64,000 bases of DNA from Acidobacteriota bacterium (lineage in GTDB: Bacteria; Acidobacteriota; CAIWXX01), in assembly GCA_040755995.1 (NCBI GenBank), contig JBFMAF010000055.1:1-64000 (forward strand). The letters are read 5' to 3'. Below are positions 26,508-36,347 of the stretch, piece by piece. The translations under genes and the position numbers were made by a program. The notes beneath the pieces were generated by a model that was given only the letters and a program-made list of their open reading frames with translations, searched no databases and had not been told where the DNA came from. The stretch's first letter is position 1; each line of letters begins with the position of its first letter.

Positions 26508-28631
26508 ATGAGCAAGTCGATGTTTGAGAGTCGCGCCGAGAGGAATACGGATGCGCAGTTTGCTTCACAGCATGCGAAGGGGAGGAGTGTCGGGAGCGAA
26601 GGTGAGGACTTCTCGCGAATATCCCTGGCCCTAGTGAGCGCCCTCGTCTGCGCAGCAGTCGGAGCATATGGAGGTAACAACATCTGGACCAGCAACGGCC
26701 CGTACGGGGGGAATGTCGTGGCCGCAGTTGTCGACCCGTCAGACCCGGCCATCGTCTATGTGGCGGTTTCGTGCGAGTGGCTCCGCAAGAACGCAACTGA
26801 CGGCACACGCCGGGAAGAGTCCGCCTTCTCCAACAGCCAAGCCGTCGCCGGAGTCTTCAAGAGCACAAATGGCGGCGCAAGCTGGAAGGCAGTCAACAGC
26901 GGACTGAAGCATCCTCAGTATTTGACGCTCCTTGCTCTGGCGATGGACCCGTTGAACCGCAGCACCCTCTACCTCGGTGCGACCCTTGGCATGTTCAAGA
27001 GCACCGATGGCGGGGGAAGCTGGAAGATGACGAATCGGGGATTGGAGGAGACGTCCCACTTCGAGGCCATTGCGATAGACGCGTCGAACCCGGTGGTAGT
27101 CTACGCGGCCGCGATCGATGGCGCATACAAGAGCATCGATGGTGGAGGAACCTGGAAGCCGTTGAACATGGGCATGGATGTCACATATGTGTACGACCTT
27201 GCTCTGGACCCGCAAGACCCCGTGACTCTCTACGCGGCCGCGCAACAAGGGGTGTTCAAGAGCACAGACGGAGGTGGAAGCTGGAAGACGATCAATCGGG
27301 GATTGAACAAAGACACCCAGGGCCACGCCCTCGCGATTGACCCCTCATCCCCCGAGATTCTCTATTTGGGGACCTGGTGCGATGGCGTGTTCAAGAGCAC
27401 GAACAGTGGTGGAAGCTGGAAAGCAGCCCCACTTCCCTACGGCGCCAAATGTGTCACCGCAATTGCCGTCGACTCACGGAATCCTGCGACGGTGTACGCC
27501 ACCGCGGATGGCTGCGTGTTCAAGAGCACCGACGGCGGCGGAAGCTGGATGGCGGCAGGTAGGAGCAGCCTAAACAACGCCGGTGTCTCGTCTGTTGCGA
27601 TAGACCCCTCGAACCCGATGCGCCTCTACGCGACGACTGCGCAGGGCGTGTTCAAGAGCATCAGCGGCGGTACAAGTTGGAAGGCGATGAGCACGGGCTT
27701 GCCAACGCGCGCGGTCTACAGCGTGGCCATCAATCCATCGAACTGCGCGAAGCTCTACACGGGGACGGATAGCGGAGTGTTCAAGAGCACTAATCGCGGC
27801 GGCAGCTGGACGTACCAAGGCTGGATGTACCAAGAGTCGATGGAGGTCTATTCGCTCGCCATCGGCCCTCCAAAGCCCTCCACGGTCTATGCTGGAGGAT
27901 GGCACCACGTAGGCGCAACAATGAACACAAGCGACGTGCGCAAGAGCACCAATGGGGGCCGGACTTGGAAGTTGATGTATGCGGGTCTGGGCGGCGGGGG
28001 GGCCCTTGCGATCGCGATAGAACCATCGGATCAAAGGACAATATACGTGGGAACCTATACCAGTGAGGAGGGCGGGGTGTTCAAGAGCACGAACGGCGGT
28101 CGAAACTGGAAGGCGATCAACGCAGGCTTGGCCTATGAGGACTCCTTCTATGCTATTCTAGTTGACCGTTCCAACCCCACGACCCTCTACACAGGGGCAG
28201 ATAGCGGGGTGTTCAAGAGCACCAACAGAGGTCAAAGCTGGAGGGCGATGAATGAAGGCCTGACGAGGGGCGGGGTTTATGCCTTGGCCATGGACCACTC
28301 GGACTCGTCGACTCTCTATGCGGGGACGGACTGCGGGGTGTTCAAGAGTACCAACGGGGGCAAGAGCTGGGAGACCGCAAACGCCGGCCTGAAGACCGCC
28401 AAGGTCAGCTCCCTCGTCGTAAGCCCTTCGACCCCTGCGACGATCTACGTAGCGACCTCTCAAGGAGTGTTCAAGAGCACCAATGGTGGTAGGACTTGGA
28501 GGGCGATGAATGAAGGCTTGAAGGGGTCGGTGAACGCCCTCGCCATAGACCCGTCCGACCCCACGACACTTTACGCCGGCACTGAGGGCGGGGCGTACAG
28601 CATTACCTTCTCAGGTGCCCCGGTTCCTTGA
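26508..28631 (+). CDS. Exported BNR/Asp-box (VPS10/YCF48-like) double beta-propeller protein
   Basis: About 13 repeats of GVFKSTxGGxSW with LAIDPxxPxTLYA; N-terminal hydrophobic segment; AGGAG SD. Confidence 0.9.
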   Translation: MSKSMFESRAERNTDAQFASQHAKGRSVGSEGEDFSRISLALVSALVCAAVGAYGGNNIWTSNGPYGGNVVAAVVDPSDPAIVYVAVSCEWLRKNATDGTRREESAFSNSQAVAGVFKSTNGGASWKAVNSGLKHPQYLTLLALAMDPLNRSTLYLGATLGMFKSTDGGGSWKMTNRGLEETSHFEAIAIDASNPVVVYAAAIDGAYKSIDGGGTWKPLNMGMDVTYVYDLALDPQDPVTLYAAAQQGVFKSTDGGGSWKTINRGLNKDTQGHALAIDPSSPEILYLGTWCDGVFKSTNSGGSWKAAPLPYGAKCVTAIAVDSRNPATVYATADGCVFKSTDGGGSWMAAGRSSLNNAGVSSVAIDPSNPMRLYATTAQGVFKSISGGTSWKAMSTGLPTRAVYSVAINPSNCAKLYTGTDSGVFKSTNRGGSWTYQGWMYQESMEVYSLAIGPPKPSTVYAGGWHHVGATMNTSDVRKSTNGGRTWKLMYAGLGGGGALAIAIEPSDQRTIYVGTYTSEEGGVFKSTNGGRNWKAINAGLAYEDSFYAILVDRSNPTTLYTGADSGVFKSTNRGQSWRAMNEGLTRGGVYALAMDHSDSSTLYAGTDCGVFKSTNGGKSWETANAGLKTAKVSSLVVSPSTPATIYVATSQGVFKSTNGGRTWRAMNEGLKGSVNALAIDPSDPTTLYAGTEGGAYSITFSGAPVP

Positions 28632-28683
28632 ACGGGGGAGTGGGATCGAGCTCCAGCCCCGCACGCGATTCGCCGGCAGGATG

Positions 28684-30135
28684 CTACCGCCCGCGGCCGC
28701 CTCGCCGCCCACCTCGGCCGCGGCCTTCCTTCGGGCGGCTCCGCTCCCGCGCCGGCGGGGACTCGGCCGGCCGGCCTGCGGGCGCATGGAGCATCTGCTG
28801 GTAGTAGTCGTCCAGCAGCATGGCGATGACCGCCGATTCGTCCTCGTTCTCGGCCAGGCTGCGTGCGAGCGGCACGAAGCGCTGGCTGCGCTCCGTCAGG
28901 AGCTTGTCGCGTTCGCGGAGGCGAGCTTCCAGCAGAGCCGTGATGCGCTCCGCCACAACCGCTTCGACATCGGCGTCGGTCGGCAGCGGCCGCTCCTGCA
29001 TCTCGATTCCGTAGTGCCTGGCGATACGGTCGAGATCCAGCTTCTCCATGGGGCTCACGAGCGAGATCGCGACACCGGCTGCGCCAGCGCGACCGGTGCG
29101 CCCGCCGCGGTGAATGTAACCCTCGATGTCCTGCGGCGGTTCATAGAGGATCACATGCGAGAGGGACGGGATGTCGAGTCCGCGTGCGGCAACGTCGGTT
29201 GCGACCAGGTAGCGGAGCGTCCCCTCTCGGACCCGATCCAGAACCCGTTCGCGATCCTTCTGCGAGAGATCGGCGCTGAGCTCGTCCGCGTCGTACCCGA
29301 ACCGCTGCAGCACCACCGAAACATAGTGCACCATGGCTTTGGTGTTGCAGAAGACGATGGCGGAAGTCGGGTTCTCGATCTCGATGATCCGCACCAGGCA
29401 TCGATCCTTGTCCATGCTCGGCACGGCGTAGAAGACATGCTCGGTGTCGGTGACATGGACATGATCGCGGCTCAGCGACAGGAACTCGGGGTCACGCAAG
29501 AACTCGTGGGCGGTGCTCATCACGAATTCTGGAAAGGTGGCCGAGAACATGCATGCGTTGATGGGGCGGTTGGGCAGGAAACGCTGTACCTGCTTCATGT
29601 CGGGATAGAACCCCATCGAAACCATCCGGTCGGCTTCATCGAAGATCAGCATTTCGAGATGATCGAGCGAGAAGACGCGCCTGATGAGGTGATCGAGCGC
29701 GCGGCCTGGTGTGCCGACGACGATGTGGGCACCCTGGCGCAGCGCATCGATCTGCGGGCCGTAGCCGACTCCACCGTACACCGCGACGGTGCGGAGCCCT
29801 GCACCGCCGCAGATCGTCTCCGCGGCGGTCCACACCTGCCGCGCGAGCTCGCGCGTAGGGACGAGGATGAGCGCCTGACAGTGGGGTTGCGCCGGATCGA
29901 TCCTCTCCAACATGGGGAGCAGGAATGCACCGGTCTTGCCGCTGCCGGTGCGGGCCTGGATCATCATGTTGCGTCCGGCGAGAAGGTAAGGGATGGCCCG
30001 GGCCTGCACAGGCATGAGGGCCGTCCAGCCCGCGCGCGCCGCGGCCTCGCGAAGCCGCTCGGGCAGCTGTTCAATCGTCAGGTCAGCCAATGGATTCTTC
30101 GGCTGGTCGGTGGACACGTTCTGTGTTTCAGTCAA
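28684..30135 (-). CDS. DEAD-box RNA helicase
   Basis: Q motif, ARTGSGKT, PTRELA, TPGR, DEAD, SAT, ARGLD, HRGGRTGR; RGG-rich tail. Confidence 0.97.
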   Translation of the reverse strand: MTETQNVSTDQPKNPLADLTIEQLPERLREAAARAGWTALMPVQARAIPYLLAGRNMMIQARTGSGKTGAFLLPMLERIDPAQPHCQALILVPTRELARQVWTAAETICGGAGLRTVAVYGGVGYGPQIDALRQGAHIVVGTPGRALDHLIRRVFSLDHLEMLIFDEADRMVSMGFYPDMKQVQRFLPNRPINACMFSATFPEFVMSTAHEFLRDPEFLSLSRDHVHVTDTEHVFYAVPSMDKDRCLVRIIEIENPTSAIVFCNTKAMVHYVSVVLQRFGYDADELSADLSQKDRERVLDRVREGTLRYLVATDVAARGLDIPSLSHVILYEPPQDIEGYIHRGGRTGRAGAAGVAISLVSPMEKLDLDRIARHYGIEMQERPLPTDADVEAVVAERITALLEARLRERDKLLTERSQRFVPLARSLAENEDESAVIAMLLDDYYQQMLHAPAGRPAESPPARERSRPKEGRGRGGRRGGRGR

Positions 30136-30296
30136 TCTAACCTCGATTCAAATCCTAGTCTACGCCGTTTCGCACGGATGTTCCACTGACCAATTGCGAC
30201 GATTGGGAACCGGCCGGGGCAAGGAACCTGTTGAATTGGCACCGGTCTTCAAGTTAGATTTGTCCGCGGATTCGCTGACGACCCGGAGAGGTGATC

Positions 30297-31199
30297 ATGC
30301 TGACCGGTCTGCATCTGCTGCTCACGTACAAGTGCACCTTCGAATGCGATCACTGCTTTGTGTACAGCAGTCCGTCGGCGCAGGGGACGTTCACTTTCGA
30401 GCAGGTCTGCCGGGCGCTCGACCAGGCGGTTTCATTGGGGAGCATCTTGGAGGTGTACTTCGAAGGCGGCGAGCCGTTCTTGTACTATCCACTGATGGTC
30501 GAGGGCGCTCGCGAGGCACGGAAGCGGGGATTCGAAGTCGGTGTCGTGACCAATGCCTACTTCGCCACGTCCGAAGCCGACGCCGCGCTCTGGCTCAGAC
30601 CGCTCGTCGAGATCGGCATCTTCGACCTGAGCATAAGCGAGGACTCGTTTCACGCTGAGGACGAGCAGGACAACCCCGGAAAACGTGCGCTTGCGGCGGC
30701 GCTGCGGCAGGGACTGCCGGCGACCTCGATCTGCATCGAGCGGCCGGCGGTTGAGCCGGGATCATCGGCGGAGCAGGCGCGAGGCGCGCCTGTCACGGGC
30801 GGCAAGGTGAAGTTCCGCGGGCGCGCCGTTCAGAAACTGTCGGCGGGCGTGCGGCGGCGCCTCTGGGACGAGTTCACCGAGTGCCCATACGAGGATCTCG
30901 CGTCGCCCGAACGCGTGCACGTCGACGCGTACGGCAACGTGCATCTGTGCCAGGGGCTGCTGATGGGGAACATGTGGGAAACACCGCTCCCCGCGCTGGT
31001 CAGTTCGTACGAACCGTCGTCTCATCCGCTGTGCGGGCCGCTGCTCAGAGGCGGCCCGGCGGAGCTGGCAAGGGCCTGCGGAGCAGCACACGAAGACGGC
31101 TACATCGACGCATGCCACCTCTGCTATGACATACGCAAGGCGCTGATCGAAGCATATCCGCGGTACCTCGGGCCGAGGCAGGTGTACGGGTTGGATTGA
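30297..31199 (+). CDS. Radical SAM protein
   Basis: CTFECDHC (CxxxCxxC), GGEPFLY, VTNAYF; additional C-terminal cysteines (CPY, CQG, CHLC). Confidence 0.92.
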   Translation: MLTGLHLLLTYKCTFECDHCFVYSSPSAQGTFTFEQVCRALDQAVSLGSILEVYFEGGEPFLYYPLMVEGAREARKRGFEVGVVTNAYFATSEADAALWLRPLVEIGIFDLSISEDSFHAEDEQDNPGKRALAAALRQGLPATSICIERPAVEPGSSAEQARGAPVTGGKVKFRGRAVQKLSAGVRRRLWDEFTECPYEDLASPERVHVDAYGNVHLCQGLLMGNMWETPLPALVSSYEPSSHPLCGPLLRGGPAELARACGAAHEDGYIDACHLCYDIRKALIEAYPRYLGPRQVYGLD

Positions 31200-31224
31200 A
31201 TCGTCAGGGAATGTAAAGGAGCGT

Positions 31225-33549
31225 GTGGTGGTGTGGAGAAGGGCTCAGGCGATCGGGTTGCTGGCCGTCTCGGTCGTGGCGTACTGGTGTCTGCTGCAGC
31301 ATGGAGCCTTCCCGCCTGGTTCGGAGGAACCCAGGGAGCGGAGAGGTCGAGCTGAAACAGGGGCCGGCCCAGAGCTCGAGCAGGAGGCCACGTCGCCGGC
31401 GCATGGACCCCCCGAAGACTGGATGCTCAGGCAGCGCGCCTATCCGCGGGGGATCCCGGCCGGAGCGCTCAGCCGGGCCGCGACCGCGGCAGATCGGGTG
31501 GATGCGGAAACTGCGAGACACACTCCGGCAGTTCTCGCGCCAAAGTGGACGCTCGTAGGTCCAACGAATATCGGCGGCCGCGTGCTCGACATCGCGCTCG
31601 ATCCCGCGCTTCCGAACACGCTCTACGTCGCGGCCGCCACAGGCGGCGTCTGGAAGAGTGCAGATGCCGGTGCGACTTTCACGCCTCTTTGGCCGTCCAA
31701 CTATCCGCAGGCGATCGGCGCGATAGCCGCCGCATCCGACGGGACGCTTCTTGCCGGCACCGGCGAAGCGTCGGCCGGAGGAGGCAGCCTGGCATACGGC
31801 GGCGACGGGGTGTACCGTTCCACCGACAGAGGCAAGACGTGGGCCAACACCGGGCTCTCCACATCAGGCGCCATCGGGCGGATCGCCGTCGATCCGAAGG
31901 ACCCGAAGCGCGTCTTCGTCGCCGCTGCGGGCTCGCTGTTCAATCCGGGCGGAGAGCGCGGTCTGTACCGTTCGACCGACGAGGGAATCACGTGGACGCG
32001 CGTACGAGCGGGCGCGAATTCGACAACCGGCGCGGTGGACGTTGCAATCGATCCTCTGAATCCGAATCGCGTCTATGTGGCGATGTGGGACCACATTCGC
32101 TCCCCGGATCTTCGCCGGTACAGCGGAGCAGGCTCCGGCCTCTTCCGGTCAATAGACGGCGGGACGAAGTGGAAGAGACTCGGCGGAGGTCTCCCGCCTT
32201 CCACAACGGACCTCGGTCGCATCGGACTCGCCGTGGCGCCATCGAATCCCAGCCGGCTCTATGCGGTCGTTATTCGCTCCGGTGGTGTCCTGGAAGGTTT
32301 CTACTCCTCGTCCAACGGTGGGGACTCGTGGACGAAGCTGCCGTCGGACGTCCAGCTCACGCGATCCCAGGCCACGTACGGGTGGTGGTTCGGGCGGGTG
32401 TGGGTCGATCCTGCGGATGAGAACCACGTGTTTGTGGGCGGTGTGCCGCTTATGGAATCCTTTGAGGGCGGCAGAGGCTGGCGCGAGGAATATGAACCCC
32501 ACGTGGATCATCATGCGATGGTGTGGGATGACAACGTACCCGGCCGCGTGTACCTGGGAACGGACGGCGGTGTCTATCGGTCAGACGTCAATGGGGCCGG
32601 CGAGTGGGTCAAGGCGAAATACGAGCCCTACACGCAGTTCTACACTGTGGATGTGGGCGAGCAGGACTCGACGCACCTGGTCGGCGGCACCCAGGACAAC
32701 GGGTCGTTGCGGTCATACCCCGGGGCGTGGAACGAGTACTACGGAGGCGACGGCCTTGCCAACCTGATCAGCTACGAGGATCTGAACGCTGTCTACGCGT
32801 GCGCTCAGTACGGCTACTGCGCGCGCTCGACCGACGGCGGCGACACGTTTTTCGATTTCACGCGCGCCACAATCTCGGCACGCCGCAACTGGCTCACGCC
32901 GCTGGTCTTCGATCCGAACGATCCGTCGGTGATGTATTATGCCGGCGACCGGCTCAATCGATCCACCGACGGCGGGCAGACGTGGCAGGTCATCAGTCCC
33001 GATCTCGCCGGCGGACCGGGTCGCGACAAGCAGTACCCGTTCGGCACCATCACTACGGTCGCCGCGGCCAAGACAAGTGCGAGCACCATACTCGTCGGTA
33101 CGGACGACGGGCGGCTGTGGTTCACGACGAACCTTGGGCAGGGCTGGACTCATGCTCAAGATCCGGATCTGCCTTCGTACTGGATCACGAGAGTCGCGGT
33201 CGATCCCGCAAATGCCAAGGTGGCCTACGCCACCTATTCAGGATATCGCGCCGGTGTCGACGAGCCGTATGTCGTGCGGACCTCTGACGGCGGCGCAACG
33301 TGGGCGAACATAACGGGCAATCTGCCACCGGCGCCCGTGAACGACATCGTCGTCCATAGTAAGATGCTCTACGTCGGTACCGATGTGGGCGTCTACCTGA
33401 CACGCGACAGTGGGCGCACGTGGCTGAGCCTCGGCCTCGGGCTCCCCCGAACGCCTGTGACAGACATCCGGCTGCATGCGTCGACCAGGACTCTGTTCGC
33501 CGCAACCTACGGCCGGGGCATTTACAGGATCAAGTTGCAGGCCCGATGA
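31225..33549 (+). CDS. Exported BNR-repeat (sortilin/GH74-like) beta-propeller protein
   Basis: GPTNIGGR, GGVWKS.D.G, GTGEA, HVDHHAM, GGTQDNG, GGDG, ATYGRGIY. Confidence 0.9.
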   Translation: MVVWRRAQAIGLLAVSVVAYWCLLQHGAFPPGSEEPRERRGRAETGAGPELEQEATSPAHGPPEDWMLRQRAYPRGIPAGALSRAATAADRVDAETARHTPAVLAPKWTLVGPTNIGGRVLDIALDPALPNTLYVAAATGGVWKSADAGATFTPLWPSNYPQAIGAIAAASDGTLLAGTGEASAGGGSLAYGGDGVYRSTDRGKTWANTGLSTSGAIGRIAVDPKDPKRVFVAAAGSLFNPGGERGLYRSTDEGITWTRVRAGANSTTGAVDVAIDPLNPNRVYVAMWDHIRSPDLRRYSGAGSGLFRSIDGGTKWKRLGGGLPPSTTDLGRIGLAVAPSNPSRLYAVVIRSGGVLEGFYSSSNGGDSWTKLPSDVQLTRSQATYGWWFGRVWVDPADENHVFVGGVPLMESFEGGRGWREEYEPHVDHHAMVWDDNVPGRVYLGTDGGVYRSDVNGAGEWVKAKYEPYTQFYTVDVGEQDSTHLVGGTQDNGSLRSYPGAWNEYYGGDGLANLISYEDLNAVYACAQYGYCARSTDGGDTFFDFTRATISARRNWLTPLVFDPNDPSVMYYAGDRLNRSTDGGQTWQVISPDLAGGPGRDKQYPFGTITTVAAAKTSASTILVGTDDGRLWFTTNLGQGWTHAQDPDLPSYWITRVAVDPANAKVAYATYSGYRAGVDEPYVVRTSDGGATWANITGNLPPAPVNDIVVHSKMLYVGTDVGVYLTRDSGRTWLSLGLGLPRTPVTDIRLHASTRTLFAATYGRGIYRIKLQAR

Positions 33550-34229
33550 CTCTGATGCTTCGCGGCGCGCGAAGAACTCTGTTGGTGGGATGGTCCCTAC
33601 TGTTCGTAGGAGCGGCCTAGGTGCGATCATTCCCGCAGACCAGCAGCGCCCAGACTCAGCCGGAAGAGGTCAGCGTGTCGATCGCAACGATCGCCGTGAC
33701 TGCCGCGGATGCGAAGGGGCGGCCAGTGAGGGACCTGAAACCGGAGGAATTCCAGGTCGAGGATAATGGTGAGGCACAGCGGATCGTGGCTGCCAGCGCA
33801 GTCCAAAGCAGCGCACAGGAGGCGGCCAAACGACCGTCAGGCGGCGCGTTGGAGGCCACGACATTGCCCCGCCATTTTGTGCTCATCTTCGACCTCACGT
33901 TCAACTACGCGAGCGGACTTCGACTGGCGAAGAGCGCAGCGAGTCATTTCATTGCGAAAAGCATTTCGCCCGGGGACGATGTAGCGATCTTGACGCTCGA
34001 CGTAGTCCGCGGCATTCGTGAGATCTGCGGATCGACCAGGGATCGCGCGGTGCTGCTGGAGAGGGTGAGATCGATCGAAGAGTCGCGGCAGGATGAACCC
34101 GAGCCGCTTCCTACAGCGGCCGGTCCAGGGTCGGCCGAGAATGTGGCGCGACACAGAGCTCTCATTCAGCGATACATCGACAGCACAAGCCAGAATTGCG
34201 GCTTTGAACAAGTCGACGCCCCGGTCTGA
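33546..34229 (+). pseudogene. VWFA-related (acidobacterial-type) protein with in-frame TAG and C-terminal truncation
   Basis: ATG 33546 overlaps the upstream stop; signal peptide, TAG at 33618-33620, then in frame VTAADAKGRPVRDLKPEEFQVEDNG and RHFVLIFDL; ends before the VWA core is complete. Confidence 0.75.
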
Positions 34230-35495
34230 CTACTCCAGGCCTGCCGACTGTAACCCGGCGGGCGGCCTAGGCACTGAGGGGGTTGCCGTTATCGTGCCGG
34301 TCTGTCTGGGCGAACTGTCACCTTGGAACCAGAGAGACACCTCATAATCCGCCATCCCGTCGTCGCGGCCGGCGATCCGGATCTCGGCCCAGGTCATATC
34401 CTTGCCGTCGATCCAGGTGCCGGTGTTCACGTAGATAGTCTCCGTCTGGCCCGAATGGTACTGGAACGCGGCCTCGTGAGTGTGGCCGAAGAGGATGATC
34501 CTGGGAGTGAAAGGGTACTGGCCCTTCAGGCTGTTGGGCATCTCGAAGATAAGGTCGGCCGCGCTGCTAAGACTGCCCAGATCGTCCCAGACCGCGTCCA
34601 CCTGCGAGACCGTGTCCTGGCGGGACGGCCACCCGCTGTAGATGCCGTCGTACACAACGGCGATCTCCTCGACGAACGGATCGTAGCCGTACCCGTCCGT
34701 GCCGTCCATCGCAAACGCGTCCCAGGGCCAGAGACCGCTCCACAGCGCGATGGCGTTGAACACGGCGACAATCACCGCGTCGTCGAAGGCCGCGCCTCTC
34801 TCGCCGGCGGGCGCTTTCATGAAACGGTCAAGCAGGTCGGGTGTCGCGGTCACCTGGCCGGTCGCCGCAGCCTTTGAAGCAGCCATCCTGGAAATGAAGT
34901 ACCCCATGGGCAGGTGCCCGTGGACGCGGCTCCACGTGTCAGGAGCGTTGAACAGGCAATAGGCATGGCCATGCTCGGCCCAGATGACGTTGTCTCTCGC
35001 GTAGGCGCCCAGGCCGGGCGACTGCGAGATGATGTTCATCCCTGGAAAGGTGCCGGCCAGGGCCGACACGTTTTCCGCCTGGAATGAAAGCATGTCGTGG
35101 TTGCCGGTCACGTAGGTGACGGCGATGTTCGGATTCTCGCAGATCGTCTTGAGGGCGGCAACGACGCCGGAGTTGGTCCTGGCCGCGAGGACATCGGCGA
35201 AGGACTGCGGGGAACCCTTCGCGGGCGACACCCAGTCATCAACCAGATCTCCCAGGATGACCAGCTCCATCACGTCCTCCCTGGCATTCAAGTCGTTGAG
35301 GAATTGTGCCAGGTCGGCGGCGTGTTCCCTCAGCCATGAGTAGTTCGCGTCCACGTTCATGTGCAGATCGCTGATGAACACAATAGTGTCCCGGTCGGTC
35401 GCGCCGGAAATCCGGGCGATCGACAGCGCGAACAGCGCAATAGAGATCGCGAGTCGCCGCAACAGCATCGTCATCCTCCCTATCGTGAGAGCCAT
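34230..35495 (-). CDS. Exported calcineurin-like metallophosphoesterase
   Basis: SDLH, GDLVD, GNHD, EHGH, GHTH, NTGTW; signal peptide. Confidence 0.9.
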   Translation of the reverse strand: MALTIGRMTMLLRRLAISIALFALSIARISGATDRDTIVFISDLHMNVDANYSWLREHAADLAQFLNDLNAREDVMELVILGDLVDDWVSPAKGSPQSFADVLAARTNSGVVAALKTICENPNIAVTYVTGNHDMLSFQAENVSALAGTFPGMNIISQSPGLGAYARDNVIWAEHGHAYCLFNAPDTWSRVHGHLPMGYFISRMAASKAAATGQVTATPDLLDRFMKAPAGERGAAFDDAVIVAVFNAIALWSGLWPWDAFAMDGTDGYGYDPFVEEIAVVYDGIYSGWPSRQDTVSQVDAVWDDLGSLSSAADLIFEMPNSLKGQYPFTPRIILFGHTHEAAFQYHSGQTETIYVNTGTWIDGKDMTWAEIRIAGRDDGMADYEVSLWFQGDSSPRQTGTITATPSVPRPPAGLQSAGLE

Positions 35496-35549
35496 GAGTC
35501 CATGGGCAGCGCGGCAGCAGGCGGTCCTTCGATGATCCCACGCCCCGGT

Positions 35550-35760
35550 CTACGCCTTCGAGTTGAAGGGACGCGGGTAGGGCAACAGAGCGAGCCCCGC
35601 CATGCACCGGTAGTCACGCTGATTCTTGGTGATGAAACGCGAGCGAGTGGAGATGGCAGTCGCAGCAATGAGTGCGTCGGCGATCAACAGGCCGAGCGTC
35701 CGTCTGAGCCCGGGCTGCATCGACCAGCACGTCTGTGTCGACGAGGATGATCTCAGCCAC
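35550..35760 (-). pseudogene. VapC/PIN toxin with internal deletion and frameshift
   Basis: GTG-AEIILVDTDVLVDAAR in one frame; GLLIADALIAATAI..FITKNQRDYR in another; central part missing. Confidence 0.8.
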
Positions 35761-36001
35761 GGCTCTGCGCCCATTCGCGCTGTCTCAGCGCCCGCAGCCA
35801 ACGCGCACTCGCCCTCAGGTCTCGACGAGATCTCCACATCCCGACGAACGGTTCATCCCTCAGAGCACGACGCTTGATACTTTCGGCGGGCGCCGTTGGT
35901 AAGGCGTACCTTGCTCGGAGAAACGCAATGAAGTCGATGCCCTCCTGCTGCGCTTCGGCTGGCAAAGCGGACATCTCCCGCTGCGACCTCTTCCAGTCCA
36001 T
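35753..36001 (-). CDS. DUF2281-like antitoxin
   Basis: LPAEAQQEGIDFIAFLRARY and FVGMWRSRRDL; GAGGAGG SD; overlaps the PIN start; upstream TTGACA-18-TTTAAT. Confidence 0.75.
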   Translation of the reverse strand: MDWKRSQREMSALPAEAQQEGIDFIAFLRARYALPTAPAESIKRRALRDEPFVGMWRSRRDLRASARWLRALRQREWAQSRG

Positions 36002-36347
36002 GCGCCTCCTCACACACACCATTAAAGGGCGAAGCAGACAACCTTGTCAATAGCCGAATAGCCGCAGTAGCCGCAGCCGAACGCGCCTATGCATCCAAGG
36101 GGCGCGGTCGGGCCGATGCATTCGGCCTGTGGCGGAGGTCCATGCAGTCGTGGATACATGAGGCGCTCTTGTCATGAAAAAACGACCTGTCAGGACGGAA
36201 ATGAAAAACGCCCGGCGACCCCGGACGAGCGGCTCTCGGACTCGTGCGCCAACGGCTTGAATCCGTTCCCGATCGGGCACGCGTGCCGGACTTCGGCCAG
36301 AGTACGGCCGGGAGGTGCATGCTTGGTCGGACTGAGGCGGCGCCTCG

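Noticed and set aside
26850..28500. GTGTTCAAGAGCAC recurring about every 130-160 bp, superficially CRISPR-like
   Set aside because: In-frame coding repeats (VFKST) of propeller blades; spacers are homologous to each other; no cas genes.
28615..30189. 524-aa ORF on the + strand
   Set aside because: Antisense shadow of the DEAD-box helicase.
33618..33620. Amber recoding (pyrrolysine or alternative code)
   Set aside because: TAG terminates many intact genes here and this gene is also truncated.
36090..36330. Possible enhancer/IHF sites and an SD-ATG on the + strand
   Set aside because: No valid GG-N10-GC spacing and no credible gene; at most an orphan promoter relic.
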